A DNA stretch of 45,618 nucleotides from Candidatus Nitrososphaera maunauluensis (GTDB lineage: Archaea; Thermoproteota; Nitrososphaeria; Nitrososphaerales; Nitrososphaeraceae), in NCBI GenBank assembly GCA_041156085.1, contig JBEVTH010000001.1, forward strand, positions 7,553 through 53,170. Direction: 5' to 3'. Under the pieces are notes generated by a model. The model had not been told where the DNA came from. It ran no database searches and was given only the letters and a program-made list of their open reading frames with translations. The translations under genes and the position numbers were made by a program. Positions 18,433 through 27,330 of this stretch are shown here, piece by piece (the stretch's first letter is position 1; each line of letters starts with the position of its first letter).

Positions 18433-19212
18433 CTAGTTATTGTTGTTAATTATATAACGGTTGAATCCTTTAATTGGTCTCTTAGATGTATCGAAAAGTT
18501 GTGAACGAGATTTTTTTGCAAGCGTCTCCAACAAACGTTTACCAGCTTTCATCTTTTTCCTTTTTAAATCTATATCAATAATTACCTCTTTTGAGTATTT
18601 GCCAATATTCTTACCTAGTTCCATCCCTATAAGAATGATTTCTTTGGCTCCAAATTCCTCTGCCAAAAAAACACATCTGTCACCGTCAGTAAAACCTCCA
18701 AAGTTATAGACGTTTTCAACTGGCATCACCTGTGTAGATCCAATAAGATGTCTGAACTTTGGCACTAGTTTTTTCAATTTGTTAATATTGTCTCCGTGGG
18801 CATGAACAACTAAAGTTGCTCCGAGCTGCTCTGCCTTTCGTAAAAAGGACGGATTACCGTCTAAATCTGTAACAACAATAGTCGGTTTGATGTTTCTTTC
18901 AATTAAAGCTTGCACTGCACCATTTGCAACTACCTTTACGAAGTTGGTATTCAATTTTATAAACTCGATATTCTTTTCTAGACTAGGTCCGGCTCCGATA
19001 ACCATTACCTGTTTTCCTACGATTTTTCTTTGCAATACCCTGGCATCTAATGCTTTTCTCTTAATCATTCTAGATAGCATATCTGCAGCTGCTTGATCCT
19101 TCTGCGTACTATATCCAAATTGCCATCTAATGTTCTGATAATAAGGGAACCAATCTATGAACTTCATTCTTAGAACTACATATAAGTTCCTAATAGAGTG
19201 TTCTTTTGACAC
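18433..19212 (-). CDS. MptE-like 6-hydroxymethyl-7,8-dihydropterin pyrophosphokinase family protein (DUF115)
   Basis: VMVIGAGPSLEKN, VVTDLDG, HAHGDN and FGGFTDGDR motifs typical of archaeal MptE/DUF115. The ORF-track start is GTG at 19212. The ATG at 19167 (MKFIDWFPYY) matches the family N-terminus better. Confidence 0.7.
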   Translation of the reverse strand: MSKEHSIRNLYVVLRMKFIDWFPYYQNIRWQFGYSTQKDQAAADMLSRMIKRKALDARVLQRKIVGKQVMVIGAGPSLEKNIEFIKLNTNFVKVVANGAVQALIERNIKPTIVVTDLDGNPSFLRKAEQLGATLVVHAHGDNINKLKKLVPKFRHLIGSTQVMPVENVYNFGGFTDGDRCVFLAEEFGAKEIILIGMELGKNIGKYSKEVIIDIDLKRKKMKAGKRLLETLAKKSRSQLFDTSKRPIKGFNRYIINNNN

Positions 19213-19396
19213 TTATCATTTCAGGTGCGATATAGGACGAGCTGCCAGTGCAAGTCTAGCAGAAAAAAATTCAGATTCAATCAATCCCAATAAACATTGG
19301 TATAAATTCACTGCAGCACATGTTTTTCTTATCTTAAAAATCCATGTTTTTTTAGATGTGATCGCTTTTAGAAAAAATAAAGGAATTAAAATGATT

Positions 19397-21073
19397 TTAC
19401 TCCATATCCATTCCGCCGCCCATTCCACCCATTCCGCCGCCTGGAGGAGGAGAAGGTGTTTTAGATTTGCTTGAGGCTATTACATCATCTATTCTCAGAA
19501 GCATAGAAGCTGCTTCAGTAGCAGATTTTATAATTTGTTCCTTGACAACAACTGGCTCCAATACGTTCTGCTTAAACATGTCAGCAACTATTGTGTTTTT
19601 AACGTCAACACCAATCCATTTCGAACCTTTGCTCTCTTTTGCTCTTAATTCTGTCATAGTATCAATTGGGTCCATACCCGCGTTTTCCGCTAGGCCCAAT
19701 GGAATTGAGTCAAGTGCTTCAGCAAACTTTTGAACCGCCAATTGTGCTCTTCCCTCTAAGTTACCTGACCATTGTTTCAATTCATTTGCAATATATGCTT
19801 CTGTAGAGCCACCCCCAGCAACTATTTCAGGTTTTTCAAGGACATCTTTGGTTACCATTAAGGCGTCATGCATAGAGCGGTCAGCTTCATCAACTACTCG
19901 TTGTGATCCACCTCTTATAAGAACAGTAACTGCCTTCGGATTCTTGCATCCTTCAATGAATACCCATTTGTCCGTCTCTACTTTTCGTTCTTCTACCAAG
20001 TCTGCAGATCCGAGGTCTTTGTCAATCAGGTCATCTAAATTATTTACTAATCTGGCTCCAGTTGCTTTGGTCAATTTGAACATATCACTTTCTTTTACAC
20101 GTCGTACCGCCAAGATACCTTCCTTTGCAAGATAGTGTTGTGCTATGTCATCCATACCCTTCTGACATAGTACCACGTTAGCACCTGCTGATATTATCTT
20201 ATCAACCATAGACCTGAGCATCTTGTTCTCTTCATTAAGAAACATTTGCATCTGTTGTGGGTCATTAATACGTATTTCAGCACTCATTTCTGTCTTCTCG
20301 ATTTCAAGGGCAGAATTCAGTAATGCTATTCTAGCTCCTTCAATCCTCTTTGGCATACCTGCATGAACAACTTCTTTGTCAAGTACTATACCCTTGATCA
20401 GTTTTGTATCTCCCATAGATCCGCCTGCCTTCTTTTCGACCTTTATATTGTCTAGATCGACCTTCAAACCTTCATGATCTCCGATTTTTTCGGCTATTTG
20501 TTTTGTAGCATCAACGACTATTTGACTTAAAATTGGGCTATCGTCAGAAACCAGTTTAGAATCCATACTTGTCCTAGCAATCTTTTGCAGCTGTTGCTTT
20601 TCATTTACGTCCACTTTAACTGCAATCTTTTGCAATATTTTGAGTGCTTGCTCCGATGCAGCTGTGTAACCATCAACTATTACCGATGGATGTACGTCTT
20701 TGCTGATCAAGTCTTCTGCTTTTGCTAGTAATGCACCTGTAAAAACAACGGAAGACGTTGTTCCATCACCAACTTCGTTGTCCACAGACTTGGCTACTTC
20801 AACCATCATTTTAGCCGCTGGATGCTGAACATCAATTTCTTTCAAAATAGTTGCGCCATCATTTGTAATTGTGACGTCGCCCAGACTATCAACTAGCATT
20901 TTATCCATTCCACGTGGACCAAGACTAGTCTTTACAATCTCTGCAATCAGCTTGGCAGCAGTAATATTGTTTTTTTGTGCATCCCTGCCCTTGCTTTCTT
21001 TAGTTCCTTCTCTTAAAATCAATACTGGCATTCCGCCAGCAGTAGTTTGAACTGATGCCATCTCATATACCAC
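19397..21073 (-). CDS. ths: thermosome subunit (group II chaperonin)
   Basis: [24 protein letters not shown] and VAGGG motifs, plus the GGM-repeat tail [14 protein letters not shown]. 558 aa. Confidence 0.95.
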   Translation of the reverse strand: MVYEMASVQTTAGGMPVLILREGTKESKGRDAQKNNITAAKLIAEIVKTSLGPRGMDKMLVDSLGDVTITNDGATILKEIDVQHPAAKMMVEVAKSVDNEVGDGTTSSVVFTGALLAKAEDLISKDVHPSVIVDGYTAASEQALKILQKIAVKVDVNEKQQLQKIARTSMDSKLVSDDSPILSQIVVDATKQIAEKIGDHEGLKVDLDNIKVEKKAGGSMGDTKLIKGIVLDKEVVHAGMPKRIEGARIALLNSALEIEKTEMSAEIRINDPQQMQMFLNEENKMLRSMVDKIISAGANVVLCQKGMDDIAQHYLAKEGILAVRRVKESDMFKLTKATGARLVNNLDDLIDKDLGSADLVEERKVETDKWVFIEGCKNPKAVTVLIRGGSQRVVDEADRSMHDALMVTKDVLEKPEIVAGGGSTEAYIANELKQWSGNLEGRAQLAVQKFAEALDSIPLGLAENAGMDPIDTMTELRAKESKGSKWIGVDVKNTIVADMFKQNVLEPVVVKEQIIKSATEAASMLLRIDDVIASSKSKTPSPPPGGGMGGMGGGMDME

Positions 21074-21126
21074 CTAGTAGAATTTACATGTTTTCTAATG
21101 CCTCTTTTATAGTTTTACACGTTATT

Positions 21127-21549
21127 TTATCTTTCTAATTGTTTTTGCTTTTCAATGAATCTTGTTCTAAACTTAGGTATATTGATTACAAACCTTTCAT
21201 GTCTTCCCTGTCCAATCTTTTCTATTCTATCAGATGCCTGAACATCAAACATAACTCGTCTCCCGTTTACTAAAACAACCTGGGCTTTGAGAAAAACTTC
21301 AGCGCCAACAGGTGTAGCAGCCAAGTGTTTAATTTCCACAAATGTTCCCACAGAGTCCCACTCTCCATTAATTATAAATTGCTCTTTAAGAAGTAGCCTA
21401 CAAGTTTCTTCCATCTCGGAAATCATTGATGGTGTTGAAAAGACATTCTCGCCTTCCCAAAGGAAACTTGTTGATTGATTGGAATTGATCCTAATTTTCC
21501 TCTCCTTTGTAGCACCGATCTTAACTGCTAGAATCATCTTTGGATGCAT
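21127..21549 (-). CDS. hotdog-fold thioesterase family protein
   Basis: About 140 aa. TPSMISEMEE.C...L.......SVGT.VEIKHLAATPVG..V...A.V....GRRV.F.V.A.D....IG.G.HERF.I resembles the small acyl-CoA thioesterase (FlK-like) family. Confidence 0.6.
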   Translation of the reverse strand: MHPKMILAVKIGATKERKIRINSNQSTSFLWEGENVFSTPSMISEMEETCRLLLKEQFIINGEWDSVGTFVEIKHLAATPVGAEVFLKAQVVLVNGRRVMFDVQASDRIEKIGQGRHERFVINIPKFRTRFIEKQKQLER

Positions 21550-21770
21550 ATAGAAAAGGTCCTTTTAGACTTTTTCGATTAGTTGAGTGATAAATGTATT
21601 TTTTGTCGAAGGTTTAAGACCGAATATTAAATCCATCATGGCATGTTCATGCTCAATTGTTTTTTGCATCGGACAGCAAATACAATATCCGATTGGAGGT
21701 AAGCATGAAGAATAGATAAGAGATTAAGTAATATTTCATATACGTCTTCGACATAATATTTCAATTGGCT

Positions 21771-21844
21771 GGGGCCGTTGTCTAGCTTGGTAGGATGCCA
21801 GCCTCGGGCGCTGGAGGCCGCCGGTTCAAATCCGGCCGGTCCCA
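21771..21844 (+). tRNA. tRNA-Pro (anticodon CGG), no intron, no encoded CCA
   Basis: GGGGCCG acceptor pairs with CGGTCCC (one G-U). Anticodon stem CCAGC/GCTGG with loop CTCGGGC. T-arm GCCGG-TTCAAAT-CCGGC. Discriminator A. A GC-rich island in AT-rich DNA. Confidence 0.9.
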
Positions 21845-22144
21845 CTAGTCAAATCTTAATGACAACCATAAATTGCGTCGGTTGTATTGAGACCAAAAGG
21901 TTTTGCAGCTTGTGTCGAGAGAATACCTGTCACTTGTATTTTAATTATTGTTAAAAACCTTTAGACTTTATGTTATAGAGTATTCAAGATTTATAGAGGT
22001 AATCCAAAATCCAAATAGCTACCGGAGTGCCTTTAATAAATTATTCGAGATTATTTATAAGTCAAGGTCTCTAAATCTGATTAGGTTGTGAGGTAGACAG
22101 AAATCCACAGAAAATCACTATCGGTTGTTTGACCATCTTTTAGA

Positions 22145-22152
22145 TTTAAATT
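22145..22152 (+). promoter_or_regulatory. TATA-box-like element for albA
   Basis: tttaaatt starts 31 nt upstream of the ATG at 22176. Confidence 0.35.
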
Positions 22153-22175
22153 ATCCTAAAGCATTTATCACTCCA

Positions 22176-22496
22176 ATGTCGGAAGCACAACCACAACAGA
22201 ATCAACAAGTACATAAAGAAGGAACTCATGATGCAATATACATAGGAAAGAAGCCTCTTATGGCATATGTCACGTCGACGCTCATTCAACTAGCCAACCA
22301 GCCTTCAGTAACAATCAAAGCAAGAGGTTTGAGCATCGGGAGAGCAGTAGACGTTTCACAGATCATCCTAAAGAGAATGGAGAATGCAGGTTACAAGATA
22401 GGCGACGTAAGAATTGGCTCCGAAACTGTTCAGTCAGAGGATGGCAGAACACGAAACGTTTCTACGATTGAAATCGAAATAAAGAGAAGCTCATAA
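22176..22496 (+). CDS. albA: Alba DNA/RNA-binding chromatin protein
   Basis: ..IYIGKKPLMAYVTSTLIQL.....VTIKARGLSIGRAVDV.QI...R.......I.DV.IGSE........R.VSTIEIEI. is the classic Alba signature. The start is moved from TTG at 22125 to the ATG at 22176. Confidence 0.9.
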   Translation: MSEAQPQQNQQVHKEGTHDAIYIGKKPLMAYVTSTLIQLANQPSVTIKARGLSIGRAVDVSQIILKRMENAGYKIGDVRIGSETVQSEDGRTRNVSTIEIEIKRSS

Positions 22497-22549
22497 GGGC
22501 TCTCTGATACTTTTTGTTATTTATACATCATCACTTTTTGATTTAAAAA

Positions 22550-23161
22550 TTGAAATACGCAGCCATCTACCTTGGGCACTTGAATCCATTCACAAAGGCT
22601 CATGAGGATGTCATCTCTTTTCTACAAAAGGATCATAATGTATATATTTTCCCTGTAAGATTTTTGAAGGGTAACGAAGAGATCAACACAAGAAGCTTCC
22701 CATTTCCTTACAAAATAAGAAAAGCAATGATAGAATCTGTCCTTGATAACAATGCTAACATCAAAATCTTGCCAGACTACACTTTCTATTCTCCATTTAT
22801 AAAATATTTGCCACCTGTAATCTCTCCACACTCATGGATACTACGAAACCACATAGTTAATAATATTCATGAAGGAACATTCATCGCATATACGGGTGAT
22901 AAAATAGAAAGACTTGCACTAAAAGTATATGGGCTTCATCCCATTAAAGCAAAACGACGAAAAATATCGTCTTCTATTGTAAAAGAATTGCTTTACCGTC
23001 AAGTAACTGAAGGAAGACAATCTCATTGGCAAGATAATGTCCCAGAAAAAGTTATTGATCTGATTAACGATAACTGGGAAATTATAGAAAAATTCGCAAG
23101 ATCGCCTGATCGGACATTGAAGACAATGGGAATAAAATTCCCTAGAGACGGCTTTATCTAG
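22550..23161 (+). CDS. nucleotidyltransferase-superfamily protein (NMNAT/cytidylyltransferase-like) with a variant (H/T)xGH motif
   Basis: The TTG-AAA start gives MKYAAIYLGHLNPFTKAHEDV (GxxxPFxxxH as in GRFQPFHxGH of archaeal NMNAT). A C-terminal KISSSIVKELL resembles the ISSTxxR motif. The substrate cannot be assigned. Confidence 0.5.
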   Translation: MKYAAIYLGHLNPFTKAHEDVISFLQKDHNVYIFPVRFLKGNEEINTRSFPFPYKIRKAMIESVLDNNANIKILPDYTFYSPFIKYLPPVISPHSWILRNHIVNNIHEGTFIAYTGDKIERLALKVYGLHPIKAKRRKISSSIVKELLYRQVTEGRQSHWQDNVPEKVIDLINDNWEIIEKFARSPDRTLKTMGIKFPRDGFI

Positions 23162-23202
23162 TTTAGAAGATTTTTATAAGCCACAAAGCGACTTGCACTT
23201 AA

Positions 23203-24120
23203 ATGAGAACAAAAGGTGCAGAATTCATCTGGTTTGACGGTAAATTTGTGAAGTGGGAGGAAGCAACAATTCCTGTTATGAGTCACGGTTTACACTATGG
23301 TACTTCAGTCTTCGAAGGTATTCGTGCATACTTTGCAAAAAATAACCTATATATATTTAGATTAAAAGAACATATGGAAAGACTTCATCGTTCTGCAAGA
23401 GTTTATTCGTTTGCTTTAAATTATTCTGCAAAAGAACTCTGTGATGCTACAATAGATTTACTAAAAAGGATCAACATCAAGGAATCATGTTACATAAGGC
23501 CTTTGACATTTGTAGGAATGCACGGTATAGATCTTAATATTACAAGAGACTCCCCTACGCATACAGTAATTATAATTTTTCCTTTTGCTAAATACTTTAA
23601 AGGAGAAGGGATTAAAGCATGTGTTTCTTCCTGGCGTAGAATTGATGATACATCAACCCCGCCCATGGCTAAAGCTGCTGGAAATTATCTTAATTCAATA
23701 CTCGCAACACAGGAAAGTAGACACAATGGATATGACGAATCGATTTTGCTGGATAAAGAAGGCAATGTCAGCGAGGCAGCTGGAGAAAATATTTTTATAG
23801 TTAGAAATAAAAAGATTTACACGCCATTTACTGCATGTTCAGTATTGGAGGGAATTACTCGGGATAGTGCAGTAACTATCGCAAGAAATATGGGGTATGA
23901 CTGGGCTGAGCGGCCAATTGTCAGAACGGAGTTATATATGGCAGACGAAGTATTTCTGACAGGAACTGCAGCTGAAATTATTCCCATCACAAACATCGAC
24001 GGGCTTCAGATCGGTGACGGGAGAGAAGGACCTGTAACTAGAAGTATCAGAGAAATGTATACAAAAATTGTATCTGCTGAAATTAAGGATTATCTTGGCT
24101 GGTTAACGCCCGTATGGTAG
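23203..24120 (+). CDS. ilvE: fold-type-IV PLP aminotransferase (branched-chain amino acid aminotransferase family)
   Basis: HGLHYGTSVFEGIRAY, MAKAAGNYLNSILA (PLP Lys), E.AGENIF and GITR....LTGTAAE motifs. 305 aa. Confidence 0.85.
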   Translation: MRTKGAEFIWFDGKFVKWEEATIPVMSHGLHYGTSVFEGIRAYFAKNNLYIFRLKEHMERLHRSARVYSFALNYSAKELCDATIDLLKRINIKESCYIRPLTFVGMHGIDLNITRDSPTHTVIIIFPFAKYFKGEGIKACVSSWRRIDDTSTPPMAKAAGNYLNSILATQESRHNGYDESILLDKEGNVSEAAGENIFIVRNKKIYTPFTACSVLEGITRDSAVTIARNMGYDWAERPIVRTELYMADEVFLTGTAAEIIPITNIDGLQIGDGREGPVTRSIREMYTKIVSAEIKDYLGWLTPVW

Positions 24121-25079
24121 CGATAGAATCCAAGCTTAGGCTGGCTATAATAGGTGTAGGTGGCTGGGGCAAGAATCATGCAAGGGTCCTTAATGACCTA
24201 GGTGTCCTGTCAGCTATCTGTGATATGGATTCGGCGCGCGCTAAAGAAATAGCTGATAGATACAATGCAAAATCGTACAATTCTATCGATGAAATGCTCA
24301 AGGGAGAAACAAAATTGGATGCCTGTCTCGTATGTACTCCTACCAAGACTCATTTTGTGGTTGCAAAAAAAATAATGGAAAGAGGAATTAATGTTTTTGT
24401 TGAAAAACCACTCTCTTTTTCTTCTAGAGAGTGCGAAGAGATGACAGAAGTATCAGAAAAGAAAAAACTGATTTTAACATCTGGTTATATAGAGAGGTTT
24501 AATCCTGCAGTTCAGGATGTTAAGCGACTTATTGATGGCGAAATGTATGGAGATTTGTTAATGATGGAATTTCATAGGGAAAATAGGATGCCATTGCATG
24601 TGAAGGATGTCGGTATAATTTATGACACCTCTGTCCATGACATTGACACAGCAATGTTTCTATTTAATTGCAGACCACATGTTGTTTTTGCACGTGCAGG
24701 AAAAAAATTCCACTTATATGAAGACTTCGCAACTATCATGCTCGGATTTAATGACCAGAAGGTAGCTATTATTGCATCAAACTGGATTACTCCGCAAAAA
24801 GTTAGAAAATTTACCGCCGTTTGTACTGATGGAATAATTAGTGGCGATTTCATTACACAAGAAATCAAAATTGATCATGGAGCAGCTACAATAATTCCAC
24901 GTCGTCAGCAACTTCATGAACCTCTTACATTAGAATTAAAAAGTTTTCTTGATGTCATAGAGGGAAAGACTTGCAAACCAGTAGTATCGGCAACTGATGC
25001 TACTAACGTTACCAAAGTAGCAGAAGCAGCACTTTTATCTAACAATACTGGATCTCCCGTTTATCTGGATCTGAAATAG
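24114..25079 (+). CDS. Gfo/Idh/MocA-family NAD-dependent oxidoreductase (WbpB / UDP-GlcNAc(A) 3-dehydrogenase-like)
   Basis: LAIIGVGGWGKNH Rossmann motif, VEKPL motif, and the typical C-terminal alpha/beta domain. Its ATG overlaps the ilvE stop (tATGgTAG). Confidence 0.8.
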   Translation: MVAIESKLRLAIIGVGGWGKNHARVLNDLGVLSAICDMDSARAKEIADRYNAKSYNSIDEMLKGETKLDACLVCTPTKTHFVVAKKIMERGINVFVEKPLSFSSRECEEMTEVSEKKKLILTSGYIERFNPAVQDVKRLIDGEMYGDLLMMEFHRENRMPLHVKDVGIIYDTSVHDIDTAMFLFNCRPHVVFARAGKKFHLYEDFATIMLGFNDQKVAIIASNWITPQKVRKFTAVCTDGIISGDFITQEIKIDHGAATIIPRRQQLHEPLTLELKSFLDVIEGKTCKPVVSATDATNVTKVAEAALLSNNTGSPVYLDLK

Positions 25080-25083
25080 ACAA

Positions 25084-25374
25084 ATGAGAAAATCTATGCT
25101 TGATCTACTTGCCTGCCCTATTGATAAGCATTATCCGTTAGAGTTGTTTGAAATCAATATAAAACGAGAAGATAATGATAACGACGATATTATAATAAGC
25201 GAAGGAATTTTGTTTTGTAATAAGTGTTACCGTTTCTATCCAATTATTGACGAAATACCGGTGTTGTTACCTGATGAACTTCGTGAAAAGCGAAAGGATA
25301 TAGACTTCCTGCAAAAATGGCAGAATAGAATACCAGCCAAAGTTATAAATCAAGGTAACCCGTGGCATCTGTGA
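25084..25374 (+). CDS. Trm112-family small zinc-ribbon-like protein
   Basis: LDLLACPIDKHYPLEL....LFCNKCYRFYPIIDEIPVLLPDE is the Trm112/UPF0434 signature. Starts 4 nt after the upstream gene. Confidence 0.7.
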   Translation: MRKSMLDLLACPIDKHYPLELFEINIKREDNDNDDIIISEGILFCNKCYRFYPIIDEIPVLLPDELREKRKDIDFLQKWQNRIPAKVINQGNPWHL

Positions 25375-25386
25375 GAATATACAGCA

Positions 25387-25908
25387 ATGGTAAATCTAGG
25401 TTTTTCTAGTACTGGCACAGTAAATTACGTTTCATCAACTGCAAGGCTTGGTAAAAATGTAAAGATTTGGCACTTTGCCTATGTTGGTGATGAAACCGAA
25501 ATTAAAGACAATGTAATGATTGGTTCTCTAACACACATCGATTACAAAGTAAAAATTGGTGAAAACACAAGGATAGAAGGGTCAGTCTACATTCCTCCGC
25601 TAACAATAATAGGCAAGAATGTTTTCATAGGTCCAGCTGCCACTTTTACAAATGATCCATACCCTATGAGTCCAAGAATGGCTGGAGTTATAGTAGAGGA
25701 TGGAGTTATCATAGGTGGTAGAGCAGTAATAAAACCAGGAGTGAAAATAGGACAAAATAGTGTAGTCGCAATGGCTGCAGTAGTAACAAAAGATGTTCCT
25801 CCTGATGTGGTTGTAATGGGACACCCTGCCAGAATAATATACTCCAGGACAGAATATAACAGGAAACAAGAAGCATGGAGTTCATTTAGAACGAATCTGT
25901 CGATTTGA
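25387..25908 (+). CDS. left-handed beta-helix (hexapeptide-repeat) N-acetyltransferase (WbpD-like)
   Basis: Repeated [LIV]-G-x-x-x-x hexapeptides (IGENTRIEGSVYI, IGKNVFIGPAATF, IGGRAVIKPGVKIGQNSVVAMAAVVTKDVPP...GHPAR). Confidence 0.85.
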   Translation: MVNLGFSSTGTVNYVSSTARLGKNVKIWHFAYVGDETEIKDNVMIGSLTHIDYKVKIGENTRIEGSVYIPPLTIIGKNVFIGPAATFTNDPYPMSPRMAGVIVEDGVIIGGRAVIKPGVKIGQNSVVAMAAVVTKDVPPDVVVMGHPARIIYSRTEYNRKQEAWSSFRTNLSI

Positions 25909-26003
25909 AGATTGTCTTGCTAACGGTGGATAATTCGAGCAGTGACTAGATGTTCACCTTTGCAAGCAAAATATCTTAACTAGTCATATTTCATAAAATC
26001 AGG

Positions 26004-26029
26004 AAAAAAAGGGACAGCACAAACCCCTT
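26004..26029 (-). terminator. hairpin plus T7 tract downstream of the 26063-27226 gene
   Basis: The minus strand reads aagggg-tttgtgctgt-ccc-ttttttt (5-bp AAGGG/CCCTT stem followed by T7), about 35 nt after the stop. Oligo-T is the archaeal termination signal. Confidence 0.3.
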
Positions 26030-26062
26030 GTTAATAGTGAAATACGTTCGATTTAGTTCCAA

Positions 26063-27226
26063 TTAACCGATAGTTTCACATACAGGATTTGCTTTCATTA
26101 AAATGCCATCTGAGATTTGTTTATTTTTAGATAAAACCTTGGCAAAGTCGTTCTTAGTACACACAAGAGATATCATAGTTTTATCTGTAGGGTATAGATC
26201 AAGATTCTGTCCTTGTTGACGTTCCACATCCCCGATATAATCTTTTAATTTTGTCTCGAGTGAAGATAATAGCTCTATTTTGTCTCCCCTCATTTCATTA
26301 GGATCTAAAGTCCATGCAATAGAAACTTTTGTTCGACTTGCCTTTAGATCACGTTTCTTTAACATGCCCCGAATTTCGTCTATCATATGTTTGATATAGC
26401 CTTCTATAGCTTTGATGGTACCATTAACAAGATACATCAATGGCCCGGCTCCGCTAAGCGAAGAGCCTATAGCCCTAAGATCATATAGGCCATTTGCTAT
26501 ATCATCTATATAAATATCTCTAAACGCATGGTGCATTACTTCATTGCTTATCTCACTGTTTTGGACATGTCTACAGATTTCTAAAATGCTTGCCATACTG
26601 GTGTAATGCCCTAATACTTTGATGGAATGTACAAATTCTGCCGATAAAATATCAATAAAATTTAGTTTTCTTCTGACATCCTGGTCATATAGCATTTTAG
26701 ATATCTGTACATCTTGTTTTGATTTGAAAGAACCCACCAAAATTTCAGAACTAGTAGCTACACTTGAGTTACATTGTGGCATATAATAGTAGAACACATC
26801 CTTGCCAACTGACAGACCTGTTACATGCTCTATCAATGCAATATTTTCATTATTGCCTCCGATGCCGGTAGGCAGAGCATAAATCAATGAGGTTCCTCTT
26901 TTCAACACCCTTATTGCATCTCTGAACTTAGATGTAACATCACTCTTTACTTCTTGTCCAACCTTCCTAATCCTTGGCGCAAAAAAGACATAAGATGCAT
27001 CTTTAATCGCGATATCAATTGGCTCAAGAGCAAGCAATGGCTCATCCTCTATTAAAGAACTAACATTGGGATATGTCCGCGCAATATCAGGTTTTAGTTT
27101 TATGGCCATTCGAGCAGATTCGTCAATTAACGAAACTTTTGATCCTTTGAGAGCAATAGAAGATGCAATGCTGTATCCTTCTGTGCTTAATCCATATACA
27201 GCTGTTGATGACAATCCAGTACTCAA
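26063..27226 (-). CDS. divergent nucleotide-sugar dehydrogenase (UDP-glucose/GDP-mannose dehydrogenase family)-like protein with degenerate catalytic motifs
   Basis: Collinear resemblance to the family in four places. N-terminal AVYGLSTEGYSIASSIALKGSKVSLID corresponds to xIGLGYVGLxxAxxLAxxGxxVxGxD. DASYVFFAP...LKRGTSLIYALPTGIGG corresponds to DAdvxxIxVPTP...Lk.g.lvv.eST.pGtT. The central helix AEFVHSIKVLGHYTSMASILEIC and a C-terminal KVSIAWTLDPNEMRGDKIELLSSL also match. TTG start. Confidence 0.5.
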   Translation of the reverse strand: MSTGLSSTAVYGLSTEGYSIASSIALKGSKVSLIDESARMAIKLKPDIARTYPNVSSLIEDEPLLALEPIDIAIKDASYVFFAPRIRKVGQEVKSDVTSKFRDAIRVLKRGTSLIYALPTGIGGNNENIALIEHVTGLSVGKDVFYYYMPQCNSSVATSSEILVGSFKSKQDVQISKMLYDQDVRRKLNFIDILSAEFVHSIKVLGHYTSMASILEICRHVQNSEISNEVMHHAFRDIYIDDIANGLYDLRAIGSSLSGAGPLMYLVNGTIKAIEGYIKHMIDEIRGMLKKRDLKASRTKVSIAWTLDPNEMRGDKIELLSSLETKLKDYIGDVERQQGQNLDLYPTDKTMISLVCTKNDFAKVLSKNKQISDGILMKANPVCETIG

Positions 27227-27330
27227 GTTATAACTGATCCTCCTTGCTAAGCATCTAATCCATCCCCACGCTATCTAAAAGAGGGTTAAAGAAAAGTTTT
27301 TTCTATCAAAATTTGTTCATTTAATTACCA

